A stretch of DNA of 48,536 nt, from NCBI GenBank assembly GCA_964442255.1, contig CAYTYC010000010.1, positions 1 to 48,536 of the forward strand, written 5' to 3'. The stretch's first letter is position 1. Each line of letters starts with the position of its first letter. Made by a program: the position numbers and the translations under genes. The DNA comes from an uncultured archaeon. GTDB taxonomy: Archaea > Iainarchaeota > Iainarchaeia > Iainarchaeales > 1-14-0-10-31-34. The notes under the pieces are model-generated. The model made no database searches. It was not told where the DNA came from and was given only the letters and a program-made list of their open reading frames with translations. Below, in pieces: positions 1-6,705 of the stretch.

Positions 1-147
1 ATTAATGCCTTTTTTTCCTCCAAAAATTTTTTTGCGTCCCCGCTTTGCTTAAGCCCCCGGCAGGGCCGGGTTTGAGTTAAATTCCAGGCAAGCCGGCAGT
101 TACCCCCTTAAATTGTTTTGTGCACTGTTTTTGTTGGGTGGTTTTTT

Positions 148-1233
148 TTGCCTGAAAGAAAGCCGGGAATTGTTATCGGCAGCGTGCTTGAGGATTCAAT
201 AAAGGAAATAGTCGCGTGTCTGGATGCCGGAAAAAGGTGGCCTGCTTACCTGAAAACCAAGCAATTGGTGGATTCCCTGTTTCCCTTCTGCTGCAGTGAT
301 GAAAACGGCGAGCCATTCCAGCCGAAGGAAGGCGACCTGAAGCTCTTTAAGGAATTCAAAGACTTAACGGAACCCGAAGCCAAAAAAATGAAGAGGAGCT
401 GCAGGGTTCAAATAGACGTGGGCGGGCTTTTTGACGACTTGGAGGAAATCCGTTATCAAATGGAAAAAAAGAAGTATTCTGAAGCAAAGGAAAGCCTGGA
501 AGGAATTCTCGTGGAACTGGAAAAACTCGGCAGCCAGGCCCCGGGAAAAACCGGTTCAAAGTACGAATTGAAAGGGGAAGGCGAAGAACTGGCTTTAAAT
601 TCGGAAACCGGTGCAGGCAAACAAGGAGAAGATAAGCCAATGAAAGAAAGCAAAACAGGCGATTCTGGTTTGAGTGGCCCCACAATGGAAGATGTCGAGG
701 ACCTTTTTAAAGGAAAAACCGGTTTTAAGGACCGGGAAGAATTAATTGACGTCATTTACAAAGGAATCAAAAACCCGGGGGTGTTTGGCTATGACTTTGC
801 CGACATAAGGGGCATAATAACCAAAAACTCGGACTTTAAGCTCATTAAAACCTTTTTGAACGAAATACAGGAACACCAGGAAACCATTGACAGTTACTCC
901 GACGTCTTTTTTGTTTTCACCGGCGGACCCGACGACACACTGGGCTTCACTGAATCAATCATTGAAAAACACTTTTACAGGGCCGCAAATTGCATGTGCC
1001 TTGGCGGCATAGACCCAAACGCTGAAAGCGGAAACCCGAAACTGGAAATCATTCTTGCAAAAAAACGGAAAAAAGCGCAGCTGATGACAACATTCTCCGG
1101 AAACAGGAAAACCATTTCGGACTTCAATAAACTCCTGAAAGAATACAATTTGCAGGACAAAAAATTAACGGAATTCAGCGAATTGGACAAAGCGGTTTAC
1201 AGGGACATCAAAAAATTCGTGAAAATGATTTAA
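148..1233 (+). CDS. Hypothetical protein with an apparent FtsZ C-terminal-like domain (no tubulin signature motif)
   Basis: ORF 118..1233; TTG at 148 follows a GGGTGG SD-like site. Segments NPGVFGYDFADIRGII and FVFTGGPDDTLG...CLGGIDPN...LEIILA resemble the FtsZ T7 loop and C-domain. No GGGTG(S/T)G. Confidence 0.6.
   Translation: MPERKPGIVIGSVLEDSIKEIVACLDAGKRWPAYLKTKQLVDSLFPFCCSDENGEPFQPKEGDLKLFKEFKDLTEPEAKKMKRSCRVQIDVGGLFDDLEEIRYQMEKKKYSEAKESLEGILVELEKLGSQAPGKTGSKYELKGEGEELALNSETGAGKQGEDKPMKESKTGDSGLSGPTMEDVEDLFKGKTGFKDREELIDVIYKGIKNPGVFGYDFADIRGIITKNSDFKLIKTFLNEIQEHQETIDSYSDVFFVFTGGPDDTLGFTESIIEKHFYRAANCMCLGGIDPNAESGNPKLEIILAKKRKKAQLMTTFSGNRKTISDFNKLLKEYNLQDKKLTEFSELDKAVYRDIKKFVKMI
1192..1233 (+). 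repeat. Direct repeat A, copy 1 (42 bp; last 14 codons of the upstream ORF including TAA)
   Basis: gcggtttacagggacatcaaaaaattcgtgaaaatgatttaa is identical at 2249-2290. Confidence 0.97.
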
Positions 1234-1320
1234 GAAGGAGTTAACCCCCACAACTATGCTGCAAAACCATGCAAACGAAAACCATATATACGCTGAGTAT
1301 GCCAATATATACATACGCAC

Positions 1321-1338
1321 ATACGCATATATGCGTAT
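1321..1338. promoter_or_regulatory. Perfect 18-bp palindrome, putative autoregulatory operator of the TA pair
   Basis: atacgcatatatgcgtat equals its own reverse complement. It lies just upstream of the GGTGA SD and the ATG at 1357. Confidence 0.6.
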
Positions 1339-1356
1339 ATTCAAAAGGTGAAAAAA

Positions 1357-1506
1357 ATGGCAAAACCGATTGAACCGACGCCTGTTTTAACAAATGCTAA
1401 CGCGAAGGCGTTCTGGGAATGCATGGCAAACACAAAACATGATGAAAAAAAGGAATTAGAACTTGAAAAGAGTAGGGCCATTTATCGCCTCTTCTCTGAA
1501 AGATAA
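1357..1506 (+). CDS. Small putative antitoxin (49 aa) upstream of GNAT toxin
   Basis: Hand translation MAKPIEPTPVLTNANAKAFWECMANTKHDEKKELELEKSRAIYRLFSER, with a GGTGA SD. MAKPI-x-x-TP-x-L small proteins commonly precede GNAT toxins. Confidence 0.7.
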   Translation: MAKPIEPTPVLTNANAKAFWECMANTKHDEKKELELEKSRAIYRLFSER

Positions 1507-1519
1507 ACTTGTGATTTGA

Positions 1520-2149
1520 GTGCTGATTTTTGCAGACTCTGAAAAAGCATTCAACAAACTGTTAAAAGAACTTGAATGGATAGAAATTCAAAAGTTATCT
1601 GCTGAACACGGCTTGCTCGATTTTTGCTGCGGCACTGACGCAGAAGACGAAGAGTTAGGCAAATTCCTCAAAGAGGACTCTTTGAAACAACAAGAAGAAC
1701 ACGCCAATGTCACGTATGTCGTTGTTTTAAAGGGAAGCAAAAAAGCGATAGGTTATGTGACAATCTTAAACGACAAGCTAAAAGTCTCAAACAAAGAAAA
1801 AGGGGATATGCAGATTAAATCAAGATACAGCGAGTTCCCTGCAATCAAAATAGGAAGACTGGCAGTAGACAAAAACTACAAAAGAAAGAAGGTTGGAACA
1901 ACAATGCTTCGTTATATCCGGGGATTAGCCCTCACTACTGCTGAAAAAACTGGTTGCAGATTCCTTATCGTGGATTCTTACCCCAAGTCAATTGAATGGT
2001 ATTTAAAGAAAGGATTTACAGAAAATTTAATCCAGAACCAACGCACTATTGTTATCAGGGAAAACGCCAACGGGACACCAAGTGATGAAGAGAACCTGGA
2101 ACGTGAAACAATCAGCTTAAGGTATGACTTATTTAACCCAAAAAAATAG
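1520..2149 (+). CDS. GNAT acetyltransferase, AtaT/TacT-like toxin
   Basis: DFCCG..ELGKFLK, PAIKIGRLAVDKNYKRKKVGT and RFLIVDSYPKSIEWYLKKGF motifs. Confidence 0.85.
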   Translation: MLIFADSEKAFNKLLKELEWIEIQKLSAEHGLLDFCCGTDAEDEELGKFLKEDSLKQQEEHANVTYVVVLKGSKKAIGYVTILNDKLKVSNKEKGDMQIKSRYSEFPAIKIGRLAVDKNYKRKKVGTTMLRYIRGLALTTAEKTGCRFLIVDSYPKSIEWYLKKGFTENLIQNQRTIVIRENANGTPSDEENLERETISLRYDLFNPKK

Positions 2150-2248
2150 CGTTTTTATAATACTTATCATTTTGGCATTTTCTTTTTCCCTGTTTTTGCC
2201 TCTCAAAAATTTTTTTTTCACCCACACTCAGTTTAAACACCCAACAAG

Positions 2249-2290
2249 GCGGTTTACAGGGACATCAAAAAATTCGTGAAAATGATTTAA
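2249..2290 (+). repeat. Direct repeat A, copy 2 (42 bp)
   Basis: Identical to 1192-1233. Extends to 47 bp with one mismatch (acaaA vs acaaG). Confidence 0.97.
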
Positions 2291-2297
2291 AGGGGCT

Positions 2298-2795
2298 TTA
2301 GGCAATGAATTTTGTGAGGGGTTCAACGAACCTTCGAACTTGAACCCAGTCGCCGCAGGCTGCCCTTAAAGCAGCCAGGCCCTTGGGCTTTAAAACCTGC
2401 TTTTCGCTTAAGGCTTCAAAAAAATATCTGAAAAAGACGTGGACTTCAACTGACTCCAGCGTATGCAAGATTTGGGTTTCCCGGACAACACGCAAAACAT
2501 TCTTATGCTTTGCCTTATTAATTCCGGCAATTTTCAGGATTTCAGAAACAATCCGGGCATCCCTTCTATCAAACAATCTCGCTAAAGCAGGGTTTCCTTT
2601 AGCTTCACTGGTCAGATTTATTTCCTCTGTCCTCTCATGGCCAAGCCTTGCTTTTTCCCGGTTAAACCACTGCCTGACGAGCTCCTTTCTCCTTCCCACT
2701 TCAGCCAAATGATGAAGATGCTTGGGAATCCTTGGGTCAAGCGGTGGAATCCTGCTTCTCTTTCCCCCAGACAACAAATAAGTTTTTCCAGGCAT
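2298..2795 (-). CDS. Basic orphan hypothetical protein
   Basis: 165-aa ORF starting MPGK, R/K-rich, with a promoter-like leader upstream. Confidence 0.65.
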   Translation of the reverse strand: MPGKTYLLSGGKRSRIPPLDPRIPKHLHHLAEVGRRKELVRQWFNREKARLGHERTEEINLTSEAKGNPALARLFDRRDARIVSEILKIAGINKAKHKNVLRVVRETQILHTLESVEVHVFFRYFFEALSEKQVLKPKGLAALRAACGDWVQVRRFVEPLTKFIA

Positions 2796-3026
2796 ACAAA
2801 AACATTAGGCGTAAAGTGCTTAAAATTAGCTTGCCTCCAGCAGGGTTGCGGGCGAAACGGGCGGATCTGCCGCCAAACAAAGTGAGGCAACAGTACCGGC
2901 CCGTAAACTGGGCGTGACATTTACGAGCCCAAAAGGCGAACAGGCCTGCCCCCAAAGCAAAGGGGCAGGGCACCGGCGCCAACCGACAGCAGCTGTTCAT
3001 TCCTGAAGCTTGAGGGAGGCATCGGA

Positions 3027-3081
3027 GAAACTTTTGATAAAAGTTTCATCAAAACCTCGCCTTCGGCGGAACCGCAGGTTC
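3027..3081. repeat. Cluster of three short hairpins (REP/MITE-like)
   Basis: gaaactttt-gat-aaaagtttc (3027-3047), cgcc-ttc-ggcg (3058-3068), gaacc-gca-ggttc (3069-3081). Confidence 0.55.
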
Positions 3082-3175
3082 TGATAATGACAGGAAAACT
3101 GCCCTCTGGAAAGGGTTTTAAGGGTTAAAGGCGACGGGCAAGGAAAAAAAAGGGCTTTAAAAAAAGGTGTTTTTT

Positions 3176-3799
3176 TTAAGGCAAAAAGCAAACGGAAAGC
3201 GTTACAATCGCGTTATGGGTTGCGTGAGCGATTATTGGGGGCCATAAATTGTTTTTGCTTCCGATTCTTTTGTGGCCGACAAATAATAACCCTAAAGCAA
3301 ACCCTTGAAACACTTGGAAAGGAAGAAGGCCGTGAAGAAAACCGAAAAAGACTGCCTGAAAGAACAATAAGACAATAAAAGCCAGTGAAAACCATTCTTT
3401 TAGTCTTTCCTGATTGAGCCTTAGACACAATAAAACGCCGCCAAAAATCAGTCCCCTGAAGATGAATTCCTCCCAAACGGGATGCAAAAAAACGGTTGAA
3501 ACGATGGAATTCCCCCGCGGAGAAACAGGGGCAGGGGAAACAAGCAAAAAATAAAGGCAATAAAAAGCAAAAGAAAAAACAACTGAAACCAAGACTGCCC
3601 TCCAAGAAAGCGTTTTCAGTTTAAGGCCCCCAAGAAAACGCTGCAATTCCCTCCAACGCCTTCCCCCAGAACGCGCCAAAAAAAAGGCTTCCGCACGCCC
3701 CACAATTCCATCAAAAAAAAAGGCAAACAAAAAAATTCCCAAAACAAAAAAAAACGACAAAACAAAATCAAAACCAAAAAACAAAAACAGGCAGCCCAT
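3176..3799 (-). CDS. CPBP family (CAAX/Abi) intramembrane metalloprotease
   Basis: PVWEEFIFRG, FGFLH and HATHN motifs; hydrophobic. Start uncertain (ORF is open to 3913). Confidence 0.85.
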   Translation of the reverse strand: MGCLFLFFGFDFVLSFFFVLGIFLFAFFFDGIVGRAEAFFLARSGGRRWRELQRFLGGLKLKTLSWRAVLVSVVFSFAFYCLYFLLVSPAPVSPRGNSIVSTVFLHPVWEEFIFRGLIFGGVLLCLRLNQERLKEWFSLAFIVLLFFQAVFFGFLHGLLPFQVFQGFALGLLFVGHKRIGSKNNLWPPIIAHATHNAIVTLSVCFLP

Positions 3800-3919
3800 G
3801 AAAAAAAATACCCCCCAAAAAAGCCTTAAAACAGGTTCACCCCAAAAAATCACAGGAAAAACGCCCCTCAGAAAGAAATAAATTAAAGAAAAGAGTGATT
3901 TAAACGGGTGCATTTTTTC

Positions 3920-4588
3920 GTGGCTTACAGGATTTCACCTTCTTCGCTGAATTTGCTGGCAGAATGCCCAAAATGCTTTTGGCTGTATGTGGTGAAACGG
4001 GCAAAAAGGCCTAGTGGACCGTTTCCGTCGCTGCCAAGCGGAATGGACGCAATTTTGAAGAAACACTTTGATTCTTTTATGGAGAAAGGGGAGCTTCCAC
4101 CCGAATTAAGGGAAGAGGCGTGCGTTGAGGGCTGCAAATTGTTTGATGACAGGGAAAAGTTAAGGGAATGGAGAAACAACTGGAAAGGATTACAGTACAA
4201 GGATAATGAAACCGGAGTGGAATTGCATGGGGCAGTCGACAATATTCTCGTGAAACAAGGAAAACTCATTGTACTGGACTACAAGACCCGCGGGTATCCC
4301 TTAAAAGCCGATACACACAAGCACTACCAGCTTCAAATGGACTTATACAATTTTTTGCTCAAAAAAAACGGCCACAAAACCGAATCCCATGCCTTCCTAT
4401 TATTTTATTACCCAAACAAGGTCACAAAAACAGGGGAAGTTGAATTCGACACCAAACTCGTGAAAATGCCAGTACACCCAAAAAACGGGGAAAAAAAATT
4501 CAAAAAAGCAATAAACGTTTTAAAAGAAAAAAAGCCCCCAAAAAGCTCCAGAGAATGCGAGTACTGCAAATACAGGAACGGGGAATGA
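3920..4588 (+). CDS. PD-(D/E)XK nuclease, Cas4/AddB-like (solo)
   Basis: ISPSSL..CPKC, GAVDNIL..LIVLDYKT, QMDLY and C-terminal CEYC. No CRISPR repeats nearby. Confidence 0.85.
   Translation: MAYRISPSSLNLLAECPKCFWLYVVKRAKRPSGPFPSLPSGMDAILKKHFDSFMEKGELPPELREEACVEGCKLFDDREKLREWRNNWKGLQYKDNETGVELHGAVDNILVKQGKLIVLDYKTRGYPLKADTHKHYQLQMDLYNFLLKKNGHKTESHAFLLFYYPNKVTKTGEVEFDTKLVKMPVHPKNGEKKFKKAINVLKEKKPPKSSRECEYCKYRNGE
4538..4588 (+). repeat. Direct repeat B, copy 1 (51 bp; last 17 codons of the nuclease including TGA)
   Basis: ccaaaaagctccagagaatgcgagtactgcaaatacaggaacggggaatga is identical at 5551-5601. Confidence 0.97.
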
Positions 4589-4671
4589 GGGCCTGGCGAA
4601 AGGCTTTTATAGGATTAAATTTACATATATTTGTAAATATTTCTAAATATAGAAGATGTATGGTGGCTTCC

Positions 4672-4875
4672 ATGAAAAAGGCTGAAAAAACCGGTTACAT
4701 GCGGTTATTCAACAACCCAAAAATAGGGCCAAACGGGCACAGCAAAGAATTAATTGAAATAGCCACGGCTCCAAAAATGATGGAACTATACTCAAATGAA
4801 GGGGCAGCAAAATACTTCAAAAAAATGAGGCAAGAGTTCACAAAAAAAGGCTTCTACAAAGAATTAGTCGAATAA
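4672..4875 (+). CDS. Small hypothetical protein (67 aa), possible partner of the PIN protein
   Basis: ATG at 4672 after a GGTGG SD; AT-rich upstream region with inverted repeat atttaca...tgtaaat. Confidence 0.6.
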   Translation: MKKAEKTGYMRLFNNPKIGPNGHSKELIEIATAPKMMELYSNEGAAKYFKKMRQEFTKKGFYKELVE

Positions 4876-4881
4876 AAAGCC

Positions 4882-5490
4882 TCAAAAACCCTGTTTTCTC
4901 ATTTCCCCCAACAAGGACTCCAGTTCATCAATTGTCCACACTTCAGGCACCCTAATTCTTCGCCCCATCAAACGCCTCTTAATTTTCTTCTTTTTATTCA
5001 CAAAAATCCTTTTATTAAAGCTCACAAACAAGTCAATTCCCCTAAAAACAGCGACAGTGAAATGTGCTGCATCAGGTTCTGAAACACCCAACGACACCAA
5101 AAAATTAAAAAACCGCTTATTCTCCTTTAACGTATTCCTGGTGGCCCTTTCCCCAATAACTTTTGGAGAAAACTCCTCCGCAGCCTCCAAAATTTTTCTT
5201 TTCAAGCCCTCATTTCCCTTTTTAACCTGAAAAACAGGCCTAATCTCATACACATCAATATACGAAATAAAGGTTTCGCGCCCATATTTTTTCACAAACC
5301 ACAACAAGTTTTTGCCGCACCTTTTCTGCCTCTCGTAATCCGTTTTATAACCCAAAATAGCGGTGTCAAGATAAACCGTCCTCAACCTGTCAACAATACG
5401 AACAAACTTCTTCACAATTGGCCCCGGAATGCTCTTACTCTTTGCAGCCCTCTTCTTTGCCTTCTTTTTCCGGGTTTTACGCTTAGACAC
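4882..5490 (-). CDS. PIN-domain (VapC-like) ribonuclease with basic N-terminal extension
   Basis: VYLDTAIL, SYIDVYE and PDAAHFTVAVFRGIDLFVSFN acidic PIN pattern. Confidence 0.75.
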   Translation of the reverse strand: MSKRKTRKKKAKKRAAKSKSIPGPIVKKFVRIVDRLRTVYLDTAILGYKTDYERQKRCGKNLLWFVKKYGRETFISYIDVYEIRPVFQVKKGNEGLKRKILEAAEEFSPKVIGERATRNTLKENKRFFNFLVSLGVSEPDAAHFTVAVFRGIDLFVSFNKRIFVNKKKKIKRRLMGRRIRVPEVWTIDELESLLGEMRKQGF

Positions 5491-5550
5491 AACCCCACCA
5501 AATACGGATATAACACTCTACTGCTTAAAAAGAATTCCCTAAGGCATTCA

Positions 5551-5601
5551 CCAAAAAGCTCCAGAGAATGCGAGTACTGCAAATACAGGAACGGGGAATG
5601 A
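5551..5601 (+). repeat. Direct repeat B, copy 2 (51 bp)
   Basis: Identical to 4538-4588. Confidence 0.97.
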
Positions 5602-5632
5602 AAGGATTTGGAAGAGGTAAGATTTCCTTGAA

Positions 5633-6181
5633 TCAACGGCGGCGAAAAGGCTTGCTTAAAGGAAAAGATTTCGCGGTTTTTTTTGCGTAAACCCTGTTCT
5701 TTCTGTGCAGCTCTTCAACCGAGTACTCCTTTGCAGGGTCAATTCCCTGGCGTTCAAGAAAATCACGCATTTCAGTTGAACGCGAACCAGGCGAATGCCT
5801 GAACCCAAAACCAGGAAAAGTTTTTTTCAGCCTCAAAGAAATCGCCGCATTAATTGCCGCAGTCAAAGCAGGATGAGCCAAAACGCCGTGCTCCTTTGGA
5901 TTAAAAGGCCCGCCATAAGGAAAAAAACCCCTCAAATGAACCACCTTATTTTCTCCTTTCTCCACCAAAGAAGAAAAAACCCCAACCCGCTTCCCTGACT
6001 TAAAGCCCTTTGAAGCCATATAACGCTTTACAGGCGCATAAGCAATGAAAACCTCTCCCTTTTTTTTGTCCGCCTTTCCCCCAACCCTCACAAAAGCCCT
6101 GAAAAAATCCCGGTCCTCACCCCAAGGCAAAACCTCAAACTCAATGATAACGCCAAACCCTTCCCGCATTCGCCCGGCCAT
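5633..6181 (-). CDS. Basic orphan hypothetical protein
   Basis: 182-aa ORF; upstream leader resembles that of 2298..2795. Confidence 0.65.
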   Translation of the reverse strand: MAGRMREGFGVIIEFEVLPWGEDRDFFRAFVRVGGKADKKKGEVFIAYAPVKRYMASKGFKSGKRVGVFSSLVEKGENKVVHLRGFFPYGGPFNPKEHGVLAHPALTAAINAAISLRLKKTFPGFGFRHSPGSRSTEMRDFLERQGIDPAKEYSVEELHRKNRVYAKKTAKSFPLSKPFRRR

Positions 6182-6234
6182 ACAAAAAAAAATAGGCTTA
6201 AACTGGTTAAAATTAGTTTGCCTAAAAGAAAGGA

Positions 6235-6312
6235 AAAAGCGTTAAATACAGGAAAAGCGTTAAATACAGGAAAAGCGTTAAATACAGGAAAAGCGTTAAA
6301 TACAGGAAAAGC
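6235..6312 (+). repeat. 18-bp tandem repeat (4 full copies plus a partial), BRE/TATA-like unit
   Basis: aaaagcgttaaatacagg at 6235, 6253, 6271 and 6289, then aaaagc. Confidence 0.95.
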
Positions 6313-6339
6313 CTTTTTTTTCAGGAGGGCGAAAAAGGA

Positions 6340-6642
6340 ATGAGGCCACTAAACTGGTTAAGGAAAAAAACCGCAAAAGCAAAAACAAAAACGCCTGAAG
6401 GCATTAATTGGGCGGCGGCAGGGCTTCCGGAGGCAACCATAAAAAAACACAGGAAATTCATTGAAAGAAGTTCCAACGCAACGCCCGAAGCACTGGAAAG
6501 AATAGTTGAAGTCAATCTGGCGGCAGCAAAAGGAAAACCCGGGGAACCGCCAATAAAAGGCAGGGAAACGCTTTTGGCGCGGGCAGGAATCGCAAGGCTT
6601 ATGGCGGACTACAAAAGGCAAGACAAACACCAAAAAATTTAA
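6340..6642 (+). CDS. Basic orphan hypothetical protein
   Basis: 100-aa ORF directly downstream of the tandem promoter-like repeat. Confidence 0.6.
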   Translation: MRPLNWLRKKTAKAKTKTPEGINWAAAGLPEATIKKHRKFIERSSNATPEALERIVEVNLAAAKGKPGEPPIKGRETLLARAGIARLMADYKRQDKHQKI

Positions 6643-6705
6643 ACAAAAAAAAAAAAGATAACAGGAAAAGAATTAAATACCCCTTAAAACTTTAAGTTAA
6701 AGGCA

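Noticed and set aside
2840..3130. SRP RNA or RNase P RNA
   Set aside because: The helix-8 (CAGG..GGAA..AGCAG) and RNase P (GAGGAAAGUCC / AACAGAA..GGCUUA) signatures were not found on either strand.
6235..6312. Possible CRISPR array
   Set aside because: The units are contiguous 18-mers with no spacers, and there are no cas genes apart from a solo Cas4-like nuclease.
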